A DNA stretch of 64,000 nucleotides from the human T2T-CHM13v2.0 reference genome, Homo sapiens, in assembly GCF_009914755.1 (NCBI RefSeq), contig NC_060927.1; one strand, written 5' to 3'. A program made the translations under genes and the position numbers. The notes below the pieces were generated by a model. It did no database searches, was not told where the DNA came from, and saw nothing but the letters and a program-made list of their open reading frames with translations. Shown piece by piece: positions 25,301 to 37,640 of the stretch (position 1 is the first letter of the stretch; every line of letters begins with the position of its first letter).

Positions 25301-25654
25301 AAATTAAGACAAATTAATGAAGCAAGGAATTACCATTTATTTGGACATCGTCACAGGCAAATGGAAGGTTATATTAAAGTAACTAAGTGAAATATATTTC
25401 AGAAAAAAATGCCCACCTTAGATTAGGCTAATTGAAGAGGTAGCATTGTGTTCTGATCAATATCTCGGGAGACATACTGACTGAAGAGGTAGCATTATAT
25501 CTGAGAAGAACTTCTGTGTGCTATTCATCCTGGGTGGCCGAGTCTTGTGTCTGGGGAACACCTAGAGACTCTATAGATTTGGAAACAGGATTCAGATCCC
25601 AGCAGGTTTGTGAGGCTGATTCAAGACCACTACATTCTATCATGGGTAATATCT

Positions 25655-25825
25655 ACTGGTTCTCAAACCTGGCTGCCCATTGGAAGAACCTGGGAGCTTT
25701 AAAGAAACAATGTTGGGGTCCCATCTCCAGAGATGTTCAGATGAAATTCTAATGGGGCCCGGACACTGGAATTTTTTAAAGCTCCCCTGGTGATTCTGAT
25801 ATGTATCAAAGTTTGAGAATCACTG
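25655..25825. mobile_element. MER5B/MER5A1-type MITE
   Basis: TIRs tggttctcaaac / gtttgagaatcactg; aaagctcccctggtgattctga. Confidence 0.88.
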
Positions 25826-26142
25826 TTCTCTACTATACCATTAAACTATACTATCATACTATACTATGCAATGCTGTGCTATAATAAAGTGTACAACTAT
25901 TTCAATGTTACATATTGCTTGAGAATACATATGTTTGTAATGTAAAGCAATACATGGAAATCATAAGCACCAAATTCAGGATAGTGAGTACTTCTGGGAG
26001 AGAGGGAGGGTACTGAATACAGGAAGGATACGTGGGTGACTTCAGGACACACACATACATAATTTTGTATAATCTTTTATTTATTTTAGATGTGTTTTTT
26101 ATATTTTTGTTAAGCTGGATGGTGAACACAGAAAAGGTTGAA

Positions 26143-26670
26143 CTCATTCATTCATTACAGTTATCGATTAAGCCCCTGCCCAGTCTCAGACTGTTCTCTA
26201 GGTTCTGGGGCTGTAACAAGGAAAAAAACAGAATTCCTGACTTCATGTAACAAATATTTAGTTAGGGTGACCAGATAATAAATAAACACACAACAAATTA
26301 TGCTCTATAAAGTTGTGGTTAGTTCTATGGAGAAAAACAAAGACAGTTAAGGGGAGATGAAATGCTGAGACCAGAGTGGGAGGCAGATAACTATTTCACT
26401 CAGGGTTGCCAGGAAAAAGGCCTTTCTGATACGACATTTCAGAGAGACCCAAAGAAACTGGGGGAAGGAGTCAAACAGATAATTAGGAGCAGAGTACTGA
26501 AGACAAAGGGAGCGTCGAGCACCAATGCTGTGGGGCTGACACAGGGACACAGGTGTGCCAGGAGGAGAGTGGTTAGGGGGTAGGGACAGCATTTCATGTA
26601 AGATTGCAAGGCCAGTGTCAGGAATTTGGATTTTATTCTCTATGAGATAGGAAGTCTTTTGAGCATATTG
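26143..26670 (-). mobile_element. L2 3' fragment
   Basis: tcattcattca...ggaatttggattttattct. Confidence 0.8.
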
Positions 26671-26879
26671 TAGAAACGTCTTTACCTTTGTGTCAATTGT
26701 ATATACCTTCAACATCTCATAGTAAGTTAAAAAATAGAAAAGTGATATCAGACACTAATATTGTAATGTGAATTGATTTATTACATTTATCTTCTATAAT
26801 AAGAGAGGCTCATGGAACCTTGAGGGCCCTATGAAGGTAAGTTTGTTAAGTATGGGTCTAAACAGCCCAAGAAGGAAGA

Positions 26880-26880
<1 letters not shown>

Positions 26881-26936
<56 letters not shown>
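26881..26936. repeat. (TG)28 perfect microsatellite
   Basis: Seen directly. Confidence 0.99.
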
Positions 26937-26939
<3 letters not shown>

Positions 26940-27629
26940 GGTAGGGAACGGTCACTGAAGATAAGTTGTGCCTTCTCAATTTGATGTCAGATAACATTAT
27001 CCAAATGATGTACAAATGTGCAGGGAGACCTGATCGCCATGTAGTAGTTTGGTACAATTCTTAGGAGACTAGAAAGCATGATCAATGGAGGCAGAGAGAA
27101 ATAACAACTCAGGTCAGCACACAAACAGGAGGGCAAATTTCTGATTCCACCTTTAAAACCTTCCATTGTAAATGCCTCCTATTTCTTCTCCTTCAGTTCA
27201 GGTATGGTTGTAGAAGGATAGAAATGTTGCATTAGAATTTAAAATAACTCGATGGTTCTTAGAAGAGACTCCAGTAAATTAACTTTTTACAGCCTGACAC
27301 CATCTTCAGTCCATTTGCTCTGGGGCCAGCATGCTGCTCTGAAAAATTTCCACATTTTGAACTTTCTATTTGAAGCTCATAAAGAATGCATTGCTTTTCC
27401 TATGCTCCCAGCTTTCTACCCAAGGGAGATGGAGAATTGTCCAGGCCAAATGCTCAACTACTTATTTCTCTTAGAGGTTTTCAGACAACACACACAAGTG
27501 TTTGATGCAGGGAGAGAAAAAGTCACGAGGAAAGCATTGTTGTCCCCCACCCAACATACTCTGTTGAAGTCCAGCTGGACTTCAACCACAGTTTGTCTGG
27601 CAAGACACTATAATATATAATGTAATCAG

Positions 27630-27795
27630 AGTGCAATTCAATAAGGTTATGAGTATTATTACCTCTTTATAACTAAGAAACTAAGTCTCGGAGAGGTTAG
27701 GTGGATTACCATAGGTCTCAGGTAGGAAATGTCAGACTTAATTCTATCTGACTCCAGAACCTGAAAGCTCGATAACTGTCTTTTAACTGCCTCCC
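27630..27795 (-). mobile_element. MIR
   Basis: aagaaactaagtctcggagaggttag...tctgactccagaacct. Confidence 0.7.
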
Positions 27796-28187
27796 ATCAA
27801 AATGGAATCACTTTTGATGGCTTTATCCTCTAATTAATGAATACATTTTAATAGGCAATAATATGTCTAAGTATTTTAGTGAAGTCAGTCTCCCTTCATT
27901 TTAATAGGTTTCTGCAGCCTGTACAAAGCTCGGTTTATTAAGGGGAGCTTGTTTTCTTCACTTAGACCAGCTTGTAATCGCAAACCACACTGACATTTCC
28001 CAGACTCCTCCTGGCATACTAACTGTTTTAAATGCTGGTCTGGTTTCATGGGAGACACTAAGGAGAACGTCAATCTCAGCTCAGAAATGTGCCCTGCATA
28101 AAAATGCAGGCTGGGTAAGGGTTTCACTTAACTGTTCCCAACTGCACATTGTAAACATTCATATCTGGTATTAAAGTAATTTATCTA

Positions 28188-28312
28188 CATTCAGTTCAAT
28201 TTTGGGAATGTTTATTGAGCACCTACTAGCTTCTAAGTGCTGTGACCCAGGCTACAGTGGAGGCAGAGATGAATAAACCTAAGCCAAGTTTTCCTAGGAA
28301 GTGACAGTAGTA
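28188..28312 (-). mobile_element. L2 3' fragment
   Basis: tttattgagcacctacta. Confidence 0.75.
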
Positions 28313-28724
28313 GTATCCTCAGCTCTTCATGTATCTGAGTTTTTGGTATTAATTAACATTAGTGCTAAGAGTAATATCCAGCCATGGACATGTTTACAAT
28401 TAGGGCAATGTCTGCTCATTAGACACATTTGATTTTAAAGGATCCTGAGACTACATTGGTATAGTGCTGTTGATATGATTTCTTTCCCCTGTCCCAAATA
28501 AATTATTTGCCTTGCATGGAAATACTTACTCACTGCTGTCTCCTGTTGGCTCATATTAATGCCTAGTTTAAATTTTTAAAAAATCACATAAATGTTGTGG
28601 GAAGGGACATTGAAGATAGAACAACAGGTGTTATCTATGAACATCAAAATTCACCCAATCAGCTAATGTGTATTAAATACCTACAACATGCCATATATTT
28701 CAAAACTGGGACTAAGCTTTGGAA

Positions 28725-29600
28725 AGTACAATGAATGTATATGGCATATAAGCCACTAAAGCTATATTCATACAATGAACTTCTGCTTAGAAATAATAAG
28801 GAATGCACTATTAATACATGCAACAACATAGATGCATCTCAAGAACATGCTGAGAACAAAGTCAGACACTAAAGATTATACATTGGATATGTTCATTGTT
28901 ATGTAATTAATAACTGAATAAACCAGACAACTATCAAATAGTCTCATAATTTTGAAGCTGGTTTGTGAGAAATTATCCTTGGCCATACAATCTAAAGGAG
29001 ACTCTATTTTTTCTTTTTCTTTTTTTTTTTTTTTACTGATAAATATATGAAAGGATCTTTATTCCCATTGATTAAAGCAATACAAATTAAAACAATGCAA
29101 TAGCTTTTGTAACTATCACATTGTCAATGATTAAAATATTGATAATACCAGTGTGCCAAAATGTGGAGAGACAATTACTCTTTTACGCATTATTACTTAG
29201 TGGCAGCTTATATTGGTGCAATACTTTAAAGTGACAATTTAGCAATATTTATTAAAATATAACACATCTACATCCAGGAATTCCTTTAAAAGGAATATCC
29301 CTACATGTATGCAAAGATATGTAAATATAGAACATTATTCATTGCAATATTGTTTATAATAGCAAAAAACTTGCAGGCTTTTTGCTATTACAAACAATAT
29401 TGGAATGAATATTGTAATATTTTTATGTTACAATGGGGGACTAGTTAAATTCAAAATAAGCTGAAGAATTAATAGTAATGATTTCCACAGGAGGAGTTGG
29501 AGGATCATGGGAGAATTCCAGTTTTTTTTTTTCTTTTTATGTGCCTTATTTCAATCTTTCCCATACTAAAGTAGCACTTTTACAATAAGAAAAATAATTA
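28725..29600 (+). mobile_element. L1ME fragments (ORF2 end / 3' UTR)
   Basis: atacatgcaacaacatagatg; tgataataccagtgtg; attgtttataatagcaaaaaact. Confidence 0.7.
29332..29415. repeat. 84 bp near-perfect inverted repeat with no spacer
   Basis: 37 of 42 positions complementary, centre 29373/29374. Confidence 0.95.
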
Positions 29601-29649
29601 AGATATAAAACATTACTTTTAGAAAAGCCTCACAATTTTTTAAACAGAA

Positions 29650-30090
29650 TAATAACACCAAATAAATGTTCACAAGTGGATACTCAGCATTATATTGAAA
29701 GGATTAAATGATAATATAATAAACTATAATATGATAAAGGATAATTTCAGGAATCCAAGAATGTTTTAGTATTAAAGAATATATTTACAATATGTGAAAA
29801 AGTCTAAGGAAAAGTAGATTTGACCATCTTAGTAGATGTTCTAAAGACTAGATGGATGTCACTGTTGATTTTAAAATATATAAATATATTAGTAGATGTA
29901 GAAGAATATCTCACTAACTCTTGTGAGTAAGATGATCTCTCTGAACCCAGTAGCCAATGTCATACTTAACAGAAACCTGTAGAATAATTTCTTTGAAATT
30001 TGTAAAATATAAGAATATCCCAAGGATCTCAAAGGATATCCACTATTCTTACTTGACAAGATTCCGGATATTTCAATAATAAGAAATATA
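29650..30090 (+). mobile_element. Very old L1M ORF2 fragment
   Basis: ttcaggaatccaagaatgtttt...accatcttagtagatg resembles the L1 RT region. Confidence 0.5.
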
Positions 30091-30134
30091 AACATAAATG
30101 GGGAAGAAAAAATATTTTTAAAAATGATGTATTT

Positions 30135-30325
30135 TTTCATAACACTTACTATAATTTGTAATTATCGATTAATTTATTGATTTATATGCTGATCAACTGT
30201 CTCTCTACTCGATTATAAGTCCCAAAGGGCAGGACTTACGTGTTCATCGTTTGCCACTATATACCCAATGGTTTATATGGTGTCCAGCATTAATAAAATG
30301 CTCAATAGATATTTCTTGCAATAAT
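30135..30325 (+). mobile_element. L2 3' end
   Basis: gattataagtcccaaagggcaggact...tgctcaatagatatt. Confidence 0.75.
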
Positions 30326-30675
30326 AATCGCAAGCTCCTTGAGGAGAACGGTGGCTTATTTTTCTTTATATCTCCGATAACTCACAATAAGGACACAAAG
30401 AGGGGCTCTCAAAAATACTATTTGAAAGAAAATAGGAAATCACTAGAAAAAAATCTATGGCTCATCATCTAGAAACAAGTTAAGTGATGTAGAGTCCTTC
30501 ATTAAAATTTGGATGGATGGCTAAGAAAGGAACTTCAGTTTATTGAGTAAATGATGCAAATGAGTTTTCATTTAAGCTACTTTCAACTAATTAATGGAAT
30601 AGATAATGTGAAAGGTGAATTAACCTTTAAGTTAACCTTTATTTTAGACATTTTGGAGAGATAGCAGGGTCTAGA

Positions 30676-30840
30676 CGAGTGTTCTCAGCCCTGACGGGAA
30701 TGCTTTACAAATTACAGGTGACTGGGCCTGCCTCCATCCCTAGAGGTTATGATTCAGTTGTTCTGAATGGATTGTGGGTACTGATAGCTTAAAAAGCTTT
30801 CCATGTGGTTCTAATGTTCTGTCAGGACTGAGAACCATTG
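30676..30840. mobile_element. MER5B-type MITE
   Basis: gtgttctcagcc...ggttctaatg...tgagaaccattg. Confidence 0.75.
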
Positions 30841-30859
30841 TCAATGGAAGAAATGATAT

Positions 30860-31060
30860 ATAAGATGGGCTTTTGTTCAGAAAGCAGGATTCAAAACCTA
30901 TCTCAGTCACTTTCTAGCTGTGTAACCTGGTGAAGATTACTTAATCTCCCAGAGCCTTTGGGTTCACATTTATGAAATAGGATAATAATGTTCTTTTAAG
31001 GTGGTGAACATTAAAAATTACATGAAGTGCCAATACATAGTAGGTTAATCATAATTGATC
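30860..31060 (+). mobile_element. MIR
   Basis: ctagctgtgtaacct...ttacttaatctc. Confidence 0.75.
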
Positions 31061-31334
31061 ACCACCTATTTTTATATTTAAGGCTATATAGGTAAAATTT
31101 TTTGGTTTGTTTTATTCAGTTTTATCTCAAGCAACTTGAGTACATTTATATTGAGAGTATAGTAATAGCATCTTATCCGGGCTGTGGAAATAGAACCTGC
31201 ATCTTTAAGAGATCAAATTGGCAAATAAGGTGACAGCTTCATTACCAAGGCTATCCTTTGAATGGTAGACCCTCTTTAACTCACATTTTTCCAAGTGAGA
31301 TTTAAAGACATGGATAAATTGGAAATAAAAATTA

Positions 31335-31565
31335 ATAATATCTAACCTTTCTTAAGTATTTACCATGAGCCAGGCACTGTTTTATATGCTCTGTATGTAC
31401 CATTTCATTCAGTCTTTAGAGCATCCCTCTGGTTCTTCAGATTTCTTATTTTTATCTCCGTTTTACCATTAAGGAAAACAAGGCACAAAGATACAAAATA
31501 ATTTGCCTGAGTCCCATAGTTGTTAAATGACAAAGCAAAGATCTGGACTCAGGCAGTCTGATTTT
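31335..31565 (-). mobile_element. MIR
   Basis: accatgagccaggcactgt...aggaaaacaaggcacaaag...ctcaggcagtctg. Confidence 0.8.
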
Positions 31566-31581
31566 TGTTGCCTCATTCTTT

Positions 31582-31904
31582 GTCTTGTCCTGCCTTCCCC
31601 TCCCCTCCCCGTCTCTCCCCGTCTCTCCCCTCTTCTCTCTTTTCAGGGTCTCTTGCTCTGTCACCCAGCCTGGAATACAGTGGTGCGATCACAGCTCACT
31701 GCAGGCTCTACCTCCCCAGGTTCAGGTGATCCTCCCACCCCAGCCTCCCAAGGAGCTGGGACTACGGGCAGGTGCCACCACACCTAGCTAATTTTTGTGT
31801 TTTCTTTAGAGTTGCGGTTTCTCCATGTTGCCCAGGCTGGTCTCGAACTCCTGGGCTCAAGTGATCCACCCACTCAGCCCCCAAAAATGTTGGGATTACT
31901 GGCC
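31582..31904 (-). mobile_element. AluJ with tail converted to a C/T-rich repeat
   Basis: Dimer body 31645-31904; (CCCCT)n-like tail. Confidence 0.93.
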
Positions 31905-32534
31905 TCAGTCACTTTACACAATTTTCTCTTGTTATTTTAGTAAGTATTTTCAGCTGCAGCTCTCCTCGTTATCCCTTAACTGGATTATGTCTAAGAAAAA
32001 GGCTGGGAAGCTGTTATTAGTGGGCAGGAATCTCTTTAAGTTCAAGTGTTTTGTCCAGGACAACCTTAAAATTACCTTGAACTCCTTTTGTCCACTTGTT
32101 GCCTGATGTACATGTTAGGATGGGTGAAATGTGAATGACAATTTGGAATGACTCTTCCTTTTAAGTGAATGCATGGATATTTTTGGAAGCCAAATTGTCT
32201 TGGGAACTTTTGATATATCTAGAAATTGGTAGCATTGTGTTGTTTACTTCAAATTTGAAAACTGTCTATGGGAACATGACTTTGAGTCAAACTCATTCAT
32301 TCCCTTATCCAGTAACATCAATTGATCAATAACCTAAGGCCTGACTGTAGTCAGTGTTGGGTATACAATAGGAAGAAACATAGTGTCTTCCCTAAGAAAC
32401 TCATCATCTTGGAATGGGCTGAAAGGTACTTATGTTCTTTTCCCGTGACTCTGTCAGCCAACATTCTGTATGAGGATAACTAAAGGGAGTTTGAAGAACT
32501 GAGTCTTCATTCTGGCCCCACCTGCATTGTGGTC

Positions 32535-32785
32535 CAGCCTTGTGCCTGGAGGGCAGGGTCTGCAGTCCAGTAGAACTTGGTTTTAATCCCTGCTCCGCTT
32601 CTCAGCGGTGTCATCCTGGACAGTTTACCTAGTCTCTCTGGGTTTCCCATATCTAAAATGATGCCAATAAAAGGCCTTTTCTCAGAGTTGTGAGAATTCA
32701 AGAGTTATCATATGAAGCTTTTATCATAGCGGCTCACACATGCTGAATGCTTGGTAAGTGCTCAGGATGATGATAATGATGATTT
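32535..32785 (+). mobile_element. MIR
   Basis: ggtttcccatatctaaaatg...cagagttgtgagaattcaa. Confidence 0.75.
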
Positions 32786-34024
32786 ATCTTTAGAATGTTT
32801 TGTTTTATGTTGATCTCCTCTACAAAGGAAACTCTAAGATTTCTTCCATTTATAGCATCCTTGGATTCTAAAACATAGAACAAGCGGAAGCAAACTAGGA
32901 AAGAACTTTTTAGCTCCTACAGGGGTCATGTGCATGAAAACCTTGAATATTGTCTAGCTGGAAACAGTACTGACCCCCTACCAGGAAATAAGGATAATTA
33001 TTTTAACATTTTAAGAAAATAAGCAAATGTCTCTGCTAATAGGTTAATAGTAAAGAAGCACCTCCCTGCTCATCAGGGCTTTATTTATTTGAGACATTTT
33101 CCAGTTTTTCCTCCCACACAGTATAATGTGTTAAACAGGTTGGTGAAGCTTTATTTTGCCCAATTGAAAACAGACTTTCCTGAGGTTTTGGACAACAGCC
33201 GAACTTGGTGTTTTTATTTATGGCATTCTCTGCCGCATTTCTGCTGCCAAACACACACATACTGGAGGCCCGATTAATTTTGTGCTTTTCTTGCAGAGTG
33301 ATTTAGAATAACTGAGGCTGTTCAGATTCTCAGGAATCATTTCCTTTGAAAACAAGTACAGTTTGGGTTTGGGCAGAGTAGAGCAATTTGAAGTTAATGG
33401 AGTGCCTTAAGTTTTTAAAGAGGGCTACATTTTGCAAACCTTTGAAGTTTGGGAACTGGTGAGCATCAATAACTGCCAAGGATCTGGGCCACCGTAATAA
33501 TAAGATTGCCATGCTTAGTAGCTGGCATCTTGAGAATGGTAGCCCCTGTGCTCCCACCCTCATTTTTCAATGTTTTCGGTTGGGCACATAACAGTTTGCT
33601 AAGGAATAAAGTGCAGTGATGTAGTATATAAATCTGCTGCTAAAAATTCTACTCATCAGCTCATTTTTTTCTCTCCCTGATATTACTCCAAATGGTGCTT
33701 AAAAGGCCCATGCTTGCAAACTATAGTGCTTTGTCCTTTGCCTGGCTCTCAGATGATCTGGTTTCTGAAGAGGAGAGAGAAGGCTCTGTCCCCTTGCCTT
33801 CAAATTGGCAATCCCCAGGGATGATTTATCCTGACAGCACAACTCTGCAGCTCTGCTCTAGTCTTGGAATTTGCTGACTAGGTACAGTTACTGATGGAAA
33901 AGATACCAAAGCAGGAAAAATTCAAAACCATGGAAACATGATCAAGTTTCTAAACATAAGCTCAACATACCCTTCCACACACCTTTTATTCATGCAGAGA
34001 ATCATGTTCCTCTATCAAAGACCC

Positions 34025-34270
34025 ACAACCTGACCTTCTTTAAGTAAACTTCTGCTCATTCTTCAAGATTCAGCGCAAATGTCACCGGTACCTAAAGACT
34101 TCTTTGAGAGCTGAGTGGAGAACTTTAATATGTTCAAAGCAGTTATTCATGTACTGTATCTCCCCCTCACTAGCAGGTAGTCCTTTTCAGAGCAAGGACA
34201 CATTTTGTTCAACTTTCTATCTCTAAACCATTTACTGAAGAGAGAACAGAATCTGACACTCAGCAGGTCC
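34025..34270 (+). mobile_element. L2 fragment
   Basis: ctcattcttcaagattcagcgcaaatgtcacc. Confidence 0.6.
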
Positions 34271-34521
34271 CTGCTTGCTGCTGCCATGCCTGGAGGTTCA
34301 GGATCTTGATTCCTCTCTCAGGGCAGGAAGATTGGGCAGCTCAGGGGCTGAGCATGAAGGATTTTTAACCCATCTCTTGCTTTTGTTATTTTCCTTGTCA
34401 CTGATAGGTATCCTTTGGATTCACTTTTCTTCATATCAGAGTGGTCAGCTCTGACTCGTGTGGGAAGGGGATCTGGACAAATGGACACCTCTCATCTCTT
34501 GTTTAATTCCAAGTATTTAGG

Positions 34522-35064
34522 TGTTTTAAAATCTAACTGGGATTTGTTTTAATCAAGCATGGAGATACATGCAGATGTGGAAATGGCAGGAAGACTGTAC
34601 GTATTCAGATACCTAGAAACAGGAAGCCCAGCATTCCACATAGGGCCACATGAGGAAGCCGTAGGGTCAGGAGGAGGCAGAGTAAGGAAGGAACATGGCA
34701 AGGCAAGCACCCTTATTGTGGTTTCTGCAGGAAGAAATGTGACAGGTGGGGTAAACAGGGTTAGAACTGGCTAGTTGGGGTACTTTCAGTGGGCTCTGGG
34801 CCTGGGAGCTGTTCCTAGTTGTCTGGTACCTTGCCCTGGGGTGATTATAGAAGGTGAATATTAGCCCAGAACGTAAGAGCTCCATAAAGAAGACTGGAAA
34901 GTATGGGCTTTGGATTGGTTGGTTTGCATATGAAAGGTGCCCTCCCTGGGGCCAGCTGTCTGCTGTCTCTAGGAATTAGCTAGCTCTGGGAGGGGCAGTC
35001 CCTTCTAGTGTCAGAAAGGCCCCGAGATGTGAAGACATCAGAATAAAAAACTTTGCTTAATATA
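34522..35064 (-). mobile_element. MER74-like ERVL solo LTR
   Basis: ctagttgtctggtacc...ggattggttggtttgcatatgaaagg...ctaggaattagctagc; perfect 5 bp TSD ttagg. Confidence 0.8.
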
Positions 35065-35326
35065 TTAGGCCCAACTAACTCAGCAGATGACACCTTTTCT
35101 TGGTCCTTTCCAACTGCTAAGAGTTCTGCATTGAGGTTTGTAGCTAGCATCATAATACTACTTTATATTGAAAAGTAAAATTTAAAGAAAGATGAAAGAA
35201 CTAAAGAAAAGGAAAAGCAAAGAAAGAATATTTTTTAAAAGGATAAAAGGTAGTGGAAAGAAAGGAACAAAGCTCAGGTAAGTTCCCAGAATATATTTGA
35301 TGAATGGATGAATAAATAAATAAACA

Positions 35327-35592
35327 GGCCAGGCACAGTGGCTCACAACTAAACCCAGCATTTTGGGAGGCCAAGGCAGGAGAATTGCTTAAGGCTACGA
35401 GGTGGAGACCAGCCCGGGCAACTTAGCGAGACCCAGTCTCCACAAAAAAAAGTCAAAAAAAATTAGTCTTAGCTACTGGGAAGCTGAGATGGGAGGATCT
35501 CTTGAGCCCAGGAGTTCGAGGCTGCGGTGAACTATGATTGTACCACTGCATTCCAGACTGGGTGATAGAGGGAGGCCCTGTCTCTAAAAAAT
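35327..35592 (+). mobile_element. AluJ with deletion at the start of the right arm, inserted in an L2 (TGAA)n tail
   Basis: ggccaggcacagtggctcac...gagcccaggagttcgaggctgc...ctgtctct. Confidence 0.93.
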
Positions 35593-36531
35593 AAATGAAT
35601 GAATGAATGAATCAATAAATGATCAAATCTCTATCTTCCTGTCTAATCATATTCACATGAATGCAAATCCTTGTGTTAGAGCCAACAGAAATATTTGCAA
35701 TTTTACCCTTAATTTTAATTATGTGATAAGACACTTCGTACACTGTCAATTTCAGCTATCACTGAGCAGATGGATAGATGTGTTTTCCGCAGCCCTAAAA
35801 TTACAGCTTGTAAGAAGACTGCCTAGTTAGTCAACTTGGAAGGTGGTTTCTGCACAATCACTTAAGGAACTGTTCAATCAGTTGCTTAATCACTGAGCAA
35901 TAGTTTGTTTATTTAAGGGTGGCATTTTTTATTACGCTAGCTAAAAGCCTCAGTGGAAACACTGTTCAAACTGTTATTCTGATTTCCATGTCCACCAGTG
36001 ACTATGTCCAGGGGAGCCTCCGTTTTTTAAAATCTAACTTTCCAACATAGACAACAGACTTAAGAAAGGATTGGTCACTGAATTGCCTTACAAATAAGCA
36101 CTGCCAATAAATGGAAGTATTTGTTTACAAATCAGCTTGTCAGAGAGGCTGGGATCAGAGAAATTTGGAAGCTAAGGGTTAGAGGATAGCAGACTCATAG
36201 ATCTTGCCAAGGTCAATCAAAAATGATAACAAAAATAATAAGTCTCTGGGGAAATAGGATTGGTTTACAAATCTGCACGAAATTTTTACAGATTGCCTCT
36301 GCAAAGCGGGGATCTCTGATATTGTGGTGAAGGTTAGACAGGGACCCTGCATCCAAAAAGCTGAACACTCAATTTTTCAGTCATTAGAGGGGATATAAAT
36401 AACTGATGGTGGGCAGTCAGTCTGTCATAAATTTGTAGCAGGGAGATTCATCTGAGGACAAGAGGAGATTGGGGTTATGGGCTGATACCCTTTCCTCCCC
36501 ACGCAAACTTCGACTTCCATAAATTGATGTG

Positions 36532-37022
36532 TGTGGTAGATTGATTGCAAAAATAACCTCCGTTCTCATCTGCCTTTTCCCTGTAGCGACACCTATTGCA
36601 TGGCCAATTGTTGTCAATGATTTGCTCTGGCCAATAGAATATGGTAGAAGGGAATGTGTGTCAGCCCCAAATCTGGCCTCAAGAGGCTTAGGCTTACCTG
36701 CTTCTGCTTTTTCCCTCAGGACTCTGCTTACCCTTTGTGAATAAGCCCAGTGAATCTGCTGAGTGATGAGAGAGAGAGTGGGCCAGTCACTTCATTGCTC
36801 CAGGTAACATGCAGTTATCTTCCCCCAGGTAGGTCCCAGAAGACCTGCCAACTGACTGGACATGCGTAAGTGAGCCCAGCTGGGTTACCTGAGTCTGGCC
36901 CAGGTCAGCAGTGCTAGCCAATGGACAAACAACATCATGAGCAAAAATTAATGTATTATATGCCACTGAGGTTTTTTGGCTGTTTGTTGTGGTACATTAT
37001 TATAGCATTAGATAATGATGCA
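36532..37022 (+). mobile_element. MLT1H/G-like LTR
   Basis: tgtggtagattgattgcaaaaat...ggccaatagaat...gccactgaggtttt. Confidence 0.8.
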
Positions 37023-37384
37023 AAGTGCAGAACAGCTTTATTTGGCAGGAAGAGTAGGGGATGTGTGCTCACTTTCCATTTCTAATCAATCACCAGGTCT
37101 TACTCATCCTATATCCTGGATGAATATCTCTAATTCATTCCCTTCTCATCACTGTCCCTGCCACTCACCTAACCTGGTTATCTTCACCACTTGAAACTTC
37201 TCATGCTGTCGTATACAACTGTGTACTTCCCTCCCAAGCATCATTATAATTTGCTCCAGTTTTGAAAGATTCTGAAGCCAGTTTTGTTGAGAGAGGAGGG
37301 CAACAGATGAACAATATTGGGCATCTACTTTATTCTATGCACTTAATTAAGCTTATTGATAAGGCTAATCACAGACTTAACCAT

Positions 37385-37595
37385 AATCATAATAAATTGG
37401 CAAACAATGTTTATTGAGCACTTCTTACGTGCCAGGTCCTTAGTTCAAGGATTTACATGCTTTATTTCACTCTTCATATTCACTTTCCAATCACTCTAAG
37501 AGATTGGTCTTATTAATGTGTCCCCCATGATACAGATAAGGAAAGAAGATTTGCCAGGTTCAATAAGTTGGCCTAGGTCACACAGCAGGTACTTG
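37385..37595 (-). mobile_element. MIR
   Basis: tttattgagcactt...acagataagg...cctaggtcacacagc. Confidence 0.8.
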
Positions 37596-37604
37596 GGAGA
37601 GCAT

Positions 37605-37640
37605 ACACACACACACACACACAAACAGACACACACACAC
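37605..37640. repeat. Interrupted (CA)n microsatellite
   Basis: Seen directly. Confidence 0.9.

Noticed and set aside
25433-25496. 15 bp direct repeat tgaagaggtagcatt, 49 bp apart (CRISPR-like spacing)
   Set aside because: Only two copies in primate DNA; best explained as a small old duplication
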